Below are positions 1-11,939 of a stretch of DNA of 64,000 nucleotides, piece by piece. The position numbers and the translations under genes are program-made. Position 1 is the stretch's first letter, and each line of letters begins with the position of its first letter. The notes beneath the pieces were generated by a model, which was given only the letters and a program-made list of their open reading frames with translations, was not told the DNA's origin and ran no database searches. The DNA comes from Mustelus asterias (taxonomy: Eukaryota): NCBI RefSeq assembly GCF_964213995.1, contig NC_135808.1:34720001-34784000 (forward strand). Direction: 5' to 3'.

Positions 1-229
1 CGTGCTGTTGTAAGAGATTCGGGGGAAGCTTTTTTCTTGGGGTAGGTGTAGAAGGCAGTGGGTTGGACAAGATTGTGAAGAATGTAATGAAGTGGTTAGA
101 GAGTGCATCATCTGTAAGTGTCGAGGTGTCACAGGACAGACAACTTCAAGAGGGTTGTCATGAATATGGAGGAAGAAGCTAAAGGAAGGCAGCAGAGTAA
201 AGGAAGAAGCTAAAGGAAGGCAGCAGAGT

Positions 230-3150
230 AAAAATAAGAGGGGCTGGTCGGCAGTGTGAGAGGGAGGATAGGCGGGTGAAGGGGAAGGGGAGCTCTCAGA
301 CTGAAGGGTTGAGGTGTGTTTATTTTAACGCAAGGAATATAGTGAACAAAATGGATGAGCTTAGAGCGTGGATCGCTGCTTGGAAGTGTGATGTGGTGGC
401 CATTACAGAGAATTGGTTATCTCAGGGTCAGGACTGGGTACTTCAAGTGTCGGGTTTCAGATGTTTCAGGAGGGACAGGGAAGGAGGCAGAAGAGGTGGG
501 GGAGTGGCACTGTTGATCAGGGATAGTGTCACAGCTGTAGAAAAGATGGATGCCACGGAAGGATTGTCTACAGAATCTCTGTGGATGGAGGTTAGGAACA
601 GGAAGGGGTCGGTAACTTTACTGGGTGTTTTCTATAGGCCGCCCAATAGTAGTAGAGATGTGGCGGAGCAGATTGGGAAGCAGATTCTGGAGAGATGTGA
701 TAATAACAGAGTGGTCGTGATGGGAGATTTTAATTTCCCAAATATCGAATGGAATATCCCTAGGGTAAGGGGTTTAGATGGAGAGGACTTTGTTAGGTGT
801 GTTCAGGAAAGCTTCCTGACACAGTATGTGGATAAGCCTACAAGAGGAGAGGATGTGCTTGATTTGGTATTAGGGAATGAACCTGGGCAGGTATCAGATC
901 TATCAGTGGGAGAGCATTTTGGGGATAGTGATCATAACTATATCTCCTTTACGCTAGCATTGGAGAGAGATAGGATCAGCCGAGCTAGGAAAGTGTTTAT
1001 CTGGAGTAAGGGCAACCATGATGCTATTAGGCAGGAAATTAGAGGCATAAATTGGAAGGAGGTTTTCTCAGGGAAATGTACGGAAGAAATGTGGCAAATT
1101 TTCAAGGAAAATTTGTCTGGAGCTCTGCATGGCAATGTTCCGGTGCAACAGGGGAGTTATGGTAGGTTACAGGAACCGTGGTGCACGAAAGCTGTAACGG
1201 ATTTAGTCAGGAAGAAAAGAAAAGCCTACAAAAGGTTCAGGGAGCTAGGTAATGTTAGAAATCTAGAATAGTATACGACTAGTAGGAAGGAACTAAAGAG
1301 GGAAATTAGAAGAGCCAGGAGGGGACATGAGAAGGCCTTGGCAGACAGGATAAAGGAAAATCCCAAGGCATTCTACAAGTATGTGAAGAGCAAGAGGATA
1401 AGATGTGAAGGAGTAGGACCTATCAAATGTGACGGTGGGAAAGTCTGTATTGAACCGGTTGAAATGCAGAGGTACTCAATGAATACTTTGCTTCAGTATT
1501 CACAGTGGAAAAGGATCTTGGTAGTTGCAGTGCAGACTTGCAGTGGACTGAGAAGATTGAGCATGTGGACATTAGGAAAGAGGATGTGTTGGAGCTGTTG
1601 AAAAGCATCAAGTTAGATAAATCGCCGGGACCGGATGGGATGTACCCCAGGTTACTGTGGGAGGCGAGGGAAGAGATTATTGATCCTCTGGCGATGATCT
1701 TTGCGTCATCAATGGAGACGGGAGAGGTTCCGGAGGATGTGGTTCCGTTATTCAAGAAAGGGAGAAGAGATAGCCCAGGAAATTATAGACCGGTGAGTCT
1801 AACCTCAGTGGTAGGTAAGTTGATGGAGAAGATCCTGAGAGGCAGGATTTATGAGCATTTGGAAAGGAGTAGGATGATCAGAAGTAGCCAGCACGGCTTT
1901 GTCCAAGGCAGATCATGCCTTACGAGTCTGATTGAGTTTTTTGAAGATGTGACTAGACTCTTAGACGGGGGAAGAGCAGTAGATTTATATGGATTTCAGT
2001 AAGACGTTTGATAAGGTGCCTCATGCAAGGCTTATGGAGAAAGTGAAGGGGCATGGGATACAAGGGGACGTTGCTTTGTGGATTCAGAACTGGCTTGCCC
2101 ACAGAAGGCAAAGAGTGGTTGTAGATGGGTCTTTTTCAGAGTGGAGGTCGGTCATCAGTGGGGTGCCCCAGGGATCTGTTCTGGGACCCTTGTTCTTTGT
2201 GACTTTTATAAATGACCTGGATGAGGAAGTGGAAGGATGGGTTGGCAGGTTTGCTGATGACACAAAGGTTGGAGGTGTTGTGGATAGTGTAGAGGGATGT
2301 CAGCAGTTGCAACGAGACATAGATAAGATGCAAGACTGGGTGGCGAAGTGGCAGATGGACTTCAACCCAGATAAGTGTGTGGTGGTTCATTTTGGCAGGT
2401 CGAATAGGATGGAAGAATATACTATTAAGGGTAAGACGCTTGGCAGTGTGGAAGAACAGAGGGATCTTGGGGTCTGGGTCCATAGGATGCTCAAAGCAGC
2501 GTCGCAGGTAGAGGCTGTGGTTAAGAAGGCGTATGGAATACTGGCCTTCATCAATAGAGGAATTGAGTTTAGAAATCGGGAGATAATGCTGCAGCTGTAT
2601 AAGACCCTGGTCAGACCCCACCTGGAGTACTGTGCCCAGTTCTGGTCGCCTCATTACAGAAAGGATGTGGAAGCCATAGAACCGTGCAGAGGAGATTTAC
2701 GAGGATGTTGCCGGGATTAAGTGGTATGCCTTATGAGGGTAGGTTGAGAGAGCTAGGTCTATTCTCCTTGGAGAGGCGAAGGATGAGAGGTGACCTGATA
2801 GAGGTGTATAAGATGTTGAGAGGTATTGATAGAGTGGATTCTCAGAGGCTTTTATCCAGGGCTGAAATGGTTGTCACGAGAGGCCACAGGTTTAGGGTGC
2901 TGGGGAGTAGGTATAGAGGAGATGTTAGGGGTAAGTTTTTCACTCAGAGGGTGGTGGGTGCGTGGAATCGGCTGCCGGTAGTGGTGGTGGAAGCGGATTC
3001 GATTGAGTCTTTTAAGAGACTTTTGGATAGGTTCATGGAGGTTAGTAAGATAGAGGGTTATAGGTAAGCCTAGAAGGTAAGGAAATTGTTCGGCGCAACT
3101 TGTGGGCCAAAGGGCCTGTTTGTGCTGTAGCTTTTCTATGTTCTATGTTC
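230..3150 (+). mobile_element. CR1-clade LINE, ORF2 (APE endonuclease + RT) broken by stops/frameshifts
   Basis: ORF pieces 276-1271, 1338-2002, 1989-2720 and 2684-3067 carry YFNAR, VAITE, GDFNFP, DHN, KSPGPDG, GVPQGSVLGP and FADDTK; 3' tail ends in TTCTATG repeats. Confidence 0.95.
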
Positions 3151-3477
3151 TAGATCAAAAAAAACAGGAGAGAGTAAGAGTGAGTTCAGAGTGGTGTGAA
3201 GCACTGAGAATAAGGTGCCACTCCGTGCAGAAGCTGAGAGAGGAAATGGTTGAGGATACATCAGAGAGAAATCTGAGGTGGAGTTTGGAGGACAGTCGAC
3301 AACTGGAGAGGTGGAAAACGAAGTGGATCTCGAAGAAGGAGAAGGTATCAGAGAAATAGAGGAAAGGCAAGTGTGACTCGATGATAAGGACCACAGCATT
3401 GCTGTGATGGATGTTCTGGGCAGTGCAGATGGTGGAAGGTATGAGGAGGCTTCATTGAGAGAGAAATGGTTAGCAGT

Positions 3478-3827
3478 CATCATAGAATCATAGAATCATA
3501 GAAACACGACAGTGCAGAAGGAGGCCATTCGGCCCATCGAGTCTGCACCGACCACAATCCCACCCAGGCCCTACCCCCACATATTTACCCGCTAATCCCT
3601 CTAACCTACACATCCCAGGACTCTAAGGGGCAATTTTTAACCTGGCCAATCAACCTAACCCGCACATCTTTGGACTGTGGGAGGAAACCGGAGCACCCGG
3701 AGGAAACCCACGCAGACACGAAGAGAATGTGCAAACTCCACACAGACAGTGACCCGAGCCGGGAATCGAACCCGGGACCCTGGAGCTGTGAAGCAGCAGT
3801 GCTAACCACTGTGCTACCGTGCCGCCC
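3478..3827 (-). mobile_element. HE1-type tRNA-derived SINE (chondrichthyan V-SINE)
   Basis: Reverse strand reads GGGCGGCACGGTAGCACAGTGGTTAGCACTGCTGCTTCACAGCTCCAGGGTCCCGGGTTCGATTCCC (A/B boxes), then a V-domain-like core and a CR1-like tail ending in (TTCTATGA)n. Confidence 0.88.
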
Positions 3828-4489
3828 GTAAAGCTAATTTTTCTCCAGTACGATGATGTCAATCATTCTCAATGTGGTTCTGGATGGCAAAGTCTTATTA
3901 ACAAGTGAACAGATATTCTGCAGGGATGTGCGAACTGACTCAATGGCAGAGACAGTGGTGGGCGAGGTAGGCAGGGTAAGAGGAACCTGGCGAGAATAAT
4001 CCCCAGCAGCTAGGCAGGCAGGAGGAGCCCTGTGAAAACATGGGCTGGGGCAGTTAGGCAATGTACAATATACATCAGTGACTATTTACAACATCAAGCA
4101 ACTTGACGCGACCCTGAAAATGGGCTTTAACTGCAGTAGCTGGTTTGCAAATACATCCCCTCCCCCAAACACCCACCAATGCTGTTCTGATTTCAAATCC
4201 TCTTTCTCTGGTATGGGGAAGTGAAAATGAGATAAAATAGGAACTTCGGCCCAACATATGAGACTGTTCCAAATAATATCACATTCATGTCCAAATAGGA
4301 ATGTGTTTATTCTTGTCTGTATGAGAGAGAGTAACAGATTCACTGTCAGAAAGGGAACTAACTATAAACCAGCAGTTTCCATTTGGAAATGACACCATCC
4401 CACCTGTAACCAGTATCTGACTCATCACTGTCCCAGCTAACCAATGGGATCATTCCAATGTCAATTAGTTATCCATTGCTAAAAGCCTT

Positions 4490-6040
4490 TGATTTTGATT
4501 TGATTTGATTTATTATTGTCACATGTATTAACATACAGTGAAAAATATTGTTTCGTGCGCGCTATACTGTTCATAGAGAAGGAAAAGAGAGAGTGCAGAA
4601 TGCAGTGTTACAGTCATAGCTAGGGTGTAGAGAAAGATCAACTTAATGCAAGGTAAGTCCGTTCAAAAGTCTGACAGCAGCAGGGAAGAAGCTGTTCTGG
4701 AGTCGGTTGGTACGTGACCTCAGACTTGTATCTTTCTCCTGAAGGAAGAAGGTGGAAGAGAGAATGTCCAGAGTGCATGGGGTCCTTAATTATGCTGTTT
4801 TGCCAAGGCAGCGGGAAGTGTAGACAGAGTCAATGAATGGGAGGCTGGTTTGCGTGATGAATTGGGCTACATTCACTGACCTTTTGTAATTTCTTGTGGT
4901 CTTGGGCAGAGCAGGAGCCATACCAAGCTGTGATACAAGCAGAAAGAATGCTTTCTCTGGTGCATCTGTAAAAGTTGGTGAGAGTCGGAGCTGACATGCC
5001 AAATTTCCTTTGTCTTCTGAGAAAGTAGAGGCGTTGGTGGGCTTTCTTAACAATAGCATCAGCATGGGGGGACCAGGACAGGTTGTTCGTGCTCTGGACA
5101 CCTAAAAACTCGAAGCTCTCGACCCTTTCTATTTTGTCCCCATTGATGTAGACAGGGGCATGTTCTCCTTTACGCTTCCTGAATTCAATGACAATCTCCT
5201 TCATTTTGTTGACATTGAGGGAGAGATTATTGTTGCTGCACCAGTTCACCAGATTCTCTACCTCATTCCTGTACTCTGTCTCATCATTGTTTGAGATCCG
5301 ACCCACTATGGTGGTGTCATCAGCAAACCTGAAAATCGAATTGGAGGGGAATTTGGCCGCACAGTCATAGGTGTATAAGGAGTATAGTAGGGAGCTGAGA
5401 ACACAGCTTGTGGGGCACCGGTGTTGAGGATGATCGTGGAGGAGGTGTTGTTGCCTATTCTTACTGATTGTGGTCTGTGAGTTAAGAGGTTCAGGATCCA
5501 GTCGCAGAGGGAGGTGCCGAGGCCCAGGCCATGGAGTTTGGAGATGAGTTTCGTGGAAATAATAGTGTTGAAGGCTGAGCTGTAGTCAATAAATAGGAGT
5601 CTGACATAGGTGTCCTTGTTATCTAGGTGCTCCAGGGTTGAGCGCAGGCCCAGGGAAATGGCGTCTGCTGTGGACCTGTTGCAGCAGTAGGCAAACTGTA
5701 GTGGATCAGGGTAGTCCGGGAGGCTGGAATTGATTCGTGCCATGACTAACCTTTCGAAGCACTTCATAATGATGGATGCCAGAGCCACGGGCCGATAGTC
5801 ATTAAGGCACGCTGCTTGGTTTTTCTTAGGTACCGGGATGATGGTCATCTTGTTGAAGCAGATAGGGACCTCAGATTGTTGTAAAGAGAGGTTGAAGATG
5901 TCTGTGAATACCTCCGCCAGCTGATCCGCGCAGGATCTGAGTGCTTGTCCGGGTACCCCGTCCGGGTACCCCATCCGGGCCAGTTGCTTTCCGTGGGTTG
6001 ACCTTCAAGAAAGTTGCTCTGACATCTGCAGTGGTGACCC
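4490..6040 (-). mobile_element. Rex1/Babar-clade LINE fragment (RT and C-terminus, degenerate)
   Basis: [34 protein letters not shown] and LYFLRR..KFGM..TNFYRCT.ESIL motifs; (TCAAA)n tail near 4490-4510. Confidence 0.85.
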
Positions 6041-6249
6041 CAGTTTGAGGCCTCAAACTGGAGCCTCAGTTGCGTTAGTTGATGGAAACACATCCAGCAG
6101 GGACACTGGAATAGAATAAGATGGAGGCTGTGCCCTTCATTAATATCCTTCCAAACTGAGATGAAATTGGAATGACTGCTGCAAAACTATCATGTTGAAT
6201 CTCCCCTCTTCATAAAAAAGGGTCTGGAGACAGAAGGCAGAGGCTTCCT

Positions 6250-6835
6250 GTAATTGGAAGGTTGATAAAGACCAGGGCCCAGTCTAGTTTCTACCAGAGT
6301 GGGCAGCACAAGAATAGACACGAGGATTTCCCTTGTCTGGGAAATCTAGAACACAGGGACACAGTCTCAGGATAACGGGTTGATTATCTAGAACTGAGAT
6401 GAAAGAAATTACTTTTCTCAGAGGTCTGTGAACCTCTGGGATTCTTTATGTTAAGAGTTGTGGATGTTCCATCATCGAGTATATTCAAGTCTGCGATACA
6501 GAGAATTTTAATCTCTCCGTAAATCAAAGAAAATGGAGACAGTGTGGAAAATTGGAGTTGAGGCAGAAGATTTAGGCGTGATCATATTCAATGGCAGAAC
6601 AGAGTTGATGGGCTGACCCAAATCAAACCAGTTGTATCAGTGAATGGAAACCCACAGACAGGATTAGAGCGAGATAGATTCTTGGTGAGCAAGGGGGTGA
6701 TAGATTGTCAGGGGTAGACGGGAATGTGGAGTTGAAGTTACAGTCAGATCAGCCATGATCTCATTAAATGGTGAAGCAGGCTCGAGGGGCCGAGGGGCCT
6801 ACTCCTGCTCTTAATTTGTATGTTTATTTGTATAT
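6250..6835 (+). mobile_element. Old CR1 3'-end fragments (at least two)
   Basis: Degenerate RGHSL..R...RNFFSQRVVNLWNSL-type sequence and CR1 3' hairpin tail (GGCTCGAGGGGCCGAGGGGCCTACTCCTGCTC). Confidence 0.7.
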
Positions 6836-6839
6836 TTGG

Positions 6840-7200
6840 TGAATGTTCCTTAACAGCCTTCCCCGAAAACAGAATAGAGGGAAGTTAAGGGTGGGAGTGG
6901 TCAGGGAATAGGTGAAGAGGAGAGAAGGGTGACAATTGGAAAGAAGTCATTTCAATTCCTTGTTCACGGTGAGAACAGGAAGCTGCAGCAATACAATCAT
7001 CCATGTACCGGAAAAAAGGATGAGAATGGGAATCTGAGTAAATAAGGAATGTTCCACATGTCCCACAAAAAGGCAGGCGTTGCTCGGAGCCATGCAGGTA
7101 CACACAGCAGCTACTCTTCATTTGGAGGAAGTGAGTGGTGTTGAAAGGGAATTTTTTCCAGAGAACAGGTTCAGCCAGGTGGAGGAAGGGGAGTTTATTA
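6840..7200 (-). mobile_element. Degenerate RT fragment, probably Penelope-like
   Basis: FFRYMDDCI motif in ORF 6885-7121. Confidence 0.55.
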
Positions 7201-7749
7201 TTAAGAATTGTTTACAGTAGATTAAGAAACACGGAGCTGCAAAGAGAGTTTCGCTTGGGTTCCAGTTTGCAGCGAGGGGGAAGGGCGTGAGTGGAAAATC
7301 CCCGACTCCAAACAGCAAATCAACATTTTACTGTGATTGCTTAATCTGTCAAGTGTCGTTAATATGTACAAAGACAAACATACTTAGCCAATGAAATTTT
7401 AAAAATGAGACATGTCATCTGTTGCCAGGCAGAATGTATTTCTGAGGTTATATTTCAATACAGAAAACTTCATTATTAGCACTAACGCTGTAGGGTACAT
7501 GAATGGCACTTTTTATTGTCCTGGATTATTGATTCTAAGATCTTCCCCAACTTTACTCTAAATGGCTTGTAATTAGCACCTATTTGCATTTCCCCTTTGA
7601 CAAATCCTTCCGTTTTCTATCAACTTGGTGCAGATGTATCTGTCCATGACAATATGCTGGGGGCTGAGCACCACACTGTCCTTGTGGAGGAAAGATTACT
7701 CCCTTCACAATGAGAAGACCCTTTGTTACTCCCTCCACCACCAACACAC

Positions 7750-9290
7750 AGTAACAGCAGCACTGTGCATCATCAGAAACATGCACTGCAGGAACTCACC
7801 AAAGCTCCATCTAGAAGGGCAAATGCAGCAGATACATGGTAACACCAACCTTATAAGTTTGTTATATTGCTGTTACTTCACTGTCGCTGGGTCAAGATCC
7901 TGGAACTCCCTCCCTAACAGCACTAACTGTACATACACCACAGGTGCAGCGGCTCAAGAAGGCAGCTCACCACCACCTTTTGAATGGCTTTTAGGGATGG
8001 GCAATAAATGCTGGAATAGCCAGCAATGCCCACATCCCGCAAATTAATTCAAAAAACATGCTGCATCGCACTGTCACAATGCCAGAATTGTACTCAACCA
8101 CAATCTGTAACCTCATGGCCCTGCATATCCCGCACTCAGTAAGAAGTCTCACAACACCAGGTTAAAGTCCAACAGGTTTATTTGGTAGCAAATACCATAA
8201 GCTTTCGGAGCGCTGCTCCTTCGTCAGATGGAGTGGAAATGTGCTCTCAAACAGGGCACAGAGACACAAAATCAAGTTACAGAATACTGATTAGAATGCG
8301 AGTCCCTACAGCCAACCAGATCTTAAAGATACAGACAATGTGGGTGGAGGGAGCATTAAGCACAGGTTAAAGAGATGTGTATTGTCTCCAGACAGAACAG
8401 CAAGTGAGATTCTGCAAGTCCAGGAGGCAAGCTGTGGGGGTTACTGATAATGTGACATCAATCCAACATCCCGGTTTAGGCCGTCCTCGTGTGTGCAGAA
8501 CTTGTGCCATTACCACCATGCTGGTTCAATGAGGAGTTCAGGAGGGCATGCCAGGAACAACACCAGGCATACCTAAAAATTAGGTGTCAACCTGGTGAAG
8601 CGACAACACAGGACCAGTTGCACCCTAAATAGTTTAAGCAGCAAGTAATAGACAGAGCTAAATGATCCCACAAGCAATGATCATATCTAAGCTCCGCAAT
8701 CCTGCGACATCCAGTTGCGAATAATAGCGTACAATTAAACAACTCACTAGAGGAGGAGGTTTCACCAGTATCCCCATTGCCAATGATGGAGGAGTCCAGC
8801 ACATCAGTGCAAAAGATAAGGCTGAAGCATTTTCAACAATGTTCAGCCAGAAGTGCCGAGTGGATGATCCATCTCAGCCTCCTCCGGTGGTCACCAGCAT
8901 TTCAGTCTTCAATCTTCAATTCACTCCTCATGATATCAAGAAACGGCTGAAGACACTGGACATTGCAAAGGCAATGGGCCCTGACAATATTCCCTAACAA
9001 TAGTATTGAAGACTCGTGCTCCAGAACTTGCAGCGACACTAGCCAAGCTGTTCCAGTACAATTACAACATGGACCAGCCATGTCCTGTACATAAGAAACA
9101 GGAAGGAGCCAATCCAGCCAATTACCACCCCACAGTCTACTCTTGATCATCAACAAAGTGGTAGAAAGGATCATTGACAGTGCTATAAAGCAGCACATAC
9201 TTAGCAATAACCAGTTCACTAACACTCAGTTTGGTCTTTCCCAGGATCGTGTAGCTGCTGACCTTATTACACATTTTGTCCAATCATGAA
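7750..9290 (+). mobile_element. Degenerate CR1/L2-group LINE pieces, interrupted by a Penelope terminal fragment
   Basis: KA.GPDNIP...LKTCAPELA.PLA.LFQYSYN-like sequence, same family as 11940-13950; a LINE 3' tail at 7880-8045. Confidence 0.7.
8136..8505 (-). mobile_element. Penelope-like element pseudo-LTR fragment with minimal hammerhead motif
   Basis: Shares terminus AGTAAGAAGTCTCACAACACCAGGTTAAAGTCC with the GIY-YIG copies at 36463 and 46620; reverse strand CCAT-CTGACGA-AGGAGCAGCGCTCC-GAAAGCTT-ATGG. Confidence 0.8.
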
Positions 9291-9810
9291 TTAATTATCC
9301 TTCCATCTCATGAGACGATGGTTTGTGCCAAGATGGTTGACTTTGTGTTGAGCATCACCTAGTGTGACAGCAGAGCCCCACTCTGATATGGCAGTCTGTA
9401 CTGCATTTGCTGCAAAGGAAGACCGTGGGCTGAGCAAGTTCAGGATTCGCTGGCCTCTGTTTTCTCTGAGTCCTCTTTTCAGGTGTATGAGCTATCGATT
9501 TCTGCTCACCTCTGACAATGCCCTTCCAAAAAGTCAGCTTCCAGAGGTCACAGATGTTGGTGACTGTCTCTCAGTTGTCAGTTGACAATGTCCGCGATCG
9601 TCATCTTCTGCTGACAGGTGTCCTTGTTGCAGAGGTACAGATGCCCAGCATCCAGTGGTCAGTGCACTCTGCAGAAGGTCTTTGGATATAGAGCTGCTAT
9701 CCAATGAATGTGGCTGAGCCAGTGCAGACATCATTGACTTAGCAATGAGTGTACACTGATGGTGCTTGCACACTCCAAGATCTCTGGGTTGTTGACCTTG
9801 TTTTAATCCA
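9290..9810 (-). mobile_element. RTE-clade LINE 3' fragment (degenerate)
   Basis: Reverse strand resembles the RTE C-terminal C..C...C.SR.GL..H.R motif; a related RT piece (LQQ.MDR.S..CKDFGLTISIKKTNV) lies at ~11520-11740. Confidence 0.6.
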
Positions 9811-9954
9811 AGGATGAGGGACTTTAGCTGCAAGATTAGATTGGAGAAGCTGGCATTGTTCCCTTTGGGGCAAAGGATATTGAGGAGAGATTTTACAGGG
9901 CAGTATAAGATCAAGAGAAATTTAGATAAAGGAGATAAAGAAAACTGTTCCCAT

Positions 9955-10715
9955 TGTTACAACCCGGATGGGAGAAGTGCCCTGTCTGTCTCTAGTTCCA
10001 CTACACCATGGGTCACACCTCTATTTAAATTATTTTCTCAGCTGGCTACATGACTCAGTATGTGCTTCACCCATTAAACTCTTCAATAAACAACAAAATT
10101 ATTAGTTTATTATAAAACTATTCTTGTCAAGTAGAAGAGCAAAGCTTAGTAGCATAGAGTATGAAATGTGAAAGTATAATTATTACTCTTTATAAATACC
10201 TTAACTCACACACACAAAAAGATACAATAGAAGAATTCTGCCAAATTGTTAAAAATTAATGGTTCAAAGGAAAAGGATGAAGTTCTTGAAATAGAGTCTG
10301 GTTGACTTACTGGTCTGAGAAATAGTCAATGGCTCTTGCCTACTTTTCAGATGTAATCCGAGGGAATCTTACAGTCGGTCCATTTCAGAATGTAGAGCGA
10401 CTTTGGAGCAACTTCCATTTGTTTTCATCTTTGGATTGGGTCAAGAACTTCAGGAGCTGTTTATGTCTTTATCCAAGCAATTGATCCTTCTCCTTCCCAC
10501 CTCCCCCCTCCCCCACCCCCTGCCCCCCCCCCCCCCCCCCCCAACCCGCCATCCTCCAAAAGCAAATCAACCTACCAGCTTTTAAACACAGTTTTCCAGG
10601 CATGGTTTTATTTCAGAACCATGAACTACCATGTGACCCTTCTGTAAATAGTTCACCAGCTTCTTTAAAACTGCTTAATTACCTTTTCATGTAATATGCT
10701 GTCTTTACCAGGAAC
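9955..10715 (-). mobile_element. Probable Gypsy LTR remnant
   Basis: Begins TGTTACAACCCGG, similar to the reverse complement of the Gypsy terminus ending CCTGGATTGTAACA at 40275; non-coding. Confidence 0.45.
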
Positions 10716-10832
10716 ACAGTAAGAAGTCTAACAACAGCAGGTTAAAGTCCAACAGGTTTATTTGGTAGCAAAAGCCACTAGCTTTCGGAACAGGCTGTTC
10801 CTTCATCAGGTGGGTGGGAGTTCATGTTTACC
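10716..10832 (-). mobile_element. Penelope-like terminal fragment with intact minimal hammerhead
   Basis: Same terminus as the other Penelope copies; reverse strand CAC-CTGATGA-AGGAACAGCCTGTTCC-GAAA-GC-TA-GTG. Confidence 0.8.
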
Positions 10833-11040
10833 AGGAGCAGCAGCATCCAGAGCCCCTGAACTAACATTTTAAGAGCGGAGTCTTTTAAAAACACAAATTC
10901 TTCCAGAATGTCCTTAGTCCTTGAAGAGGAACAATTTTCTGTGATTAAAGTGTTTATGACAGCATTAGTGTGACAAAACAGTACAAGGACTAAGAGACAC
11001 AGGTTTAAGGCTTTGGTAAGAGATGCAGAGGGAATACGAG

Positions 11041-11274
11041 TGTGGTAAACCACTGTTAGCTTATTGCCTGTGTGTGTGACATGTCTGGACACGTCCCTGC
11101 CGGCCCTGCCCGGGACTCCTCCCCCCCTGGTCCAGGGATAAAGGCGACTGCTCCCAATCCCCCTGCCTCAGTCTGGACCAGTTCATCGGCACGGGTGTGC
11201 TCCAAGTCTTTTGCTAATAAAAGCCTATTTGTTCTTGCATACAAACTAGTCTTTGCTCGATTGATGGTGCATCA
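11041..11274 (+). mobile_element. Solo LTR (234 bp) with 5-bp TSD
   Basis: TG...CA termini, ACGAG duplicated at 11036-11040 and 11275-11279, internal GATAAA and AATAAA; inserted in an old CR1 3' fragment. Confidence 0.85.
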
Positions 11275-11356
11275 ACGAGGAAGAACATTTTTTATGGAGC
11301 TGGTGGTAATGAGCTGCAACTCACTGCCCACAACGATGGTGGAAGCAAAGACAATG

Positions 11357-11483
11357 GGCCCGATTCTCTGACCTCGCCCGCAGCTTGGGTTCTCCCAATC
11401 ACTGCAGTGAACAGAGATTTGGCTGAGTGCCAAATTCTCACTGGCAGCAGCAGCGGGCCATGAACAGCTGGAGAATTCCAGCC
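11357..11483. mobile_element. Short Harbinger-type MITE
   Basis: Imperfect TIRs GGGCCCGATTCTC ... GAGAATTCCAGCC, similar to the ends of 29578-30538 and the start at 41500. Confidence 0.5.
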
Positions 11484-11939
11484 AATAAAAATTTCAAAAG
11501 AAAATTGGATGGTGTTTACATTCATGTAGCTCTTGTTTCACACTCTCTTACTCAGTTTGGACACAATAGCTGCAGCTTTTGCAGTGTGAATTGATTTTAA
11601 TGTTGATCGATGGCGGAATGGTAACATCTGGACAATGACATTTGTCTTCTTGATGCTGATAGTCAAACCAAAGTCTTTGCAGGTGTGAGAGGGTCTGTCC
11701 ATTTGCTGCAAGTGTTCCTCATTATAGAATGTTCATGCACTGACAGGAAGCAGAGGGGAGGGATAAATGGCTCCTTCTCTGGTTGGCGAAATGTAGCTAG
11801 CGGGGTGACGCAGGGGTCAGTCCTTGGACCTCAACTATTTAGAATCTATATAAATAATCTGCAAGCAGGGACAGAGTGTAATGTAGCAAAGTTTGTGGAT
11901 GATGCTAAAATAGGTGGGAAAGCAGGCAGTGAAGAGGAT

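Noticed and set aside
171-232. 31-bp tandem duplication
   Set aside because: Simple local slippage duplication at a LINE boundary with no further signal.
3740-3827. tRNA gene
   Set aside because: tRNA-like head of a SINE, continuous with the SINE body and tail.
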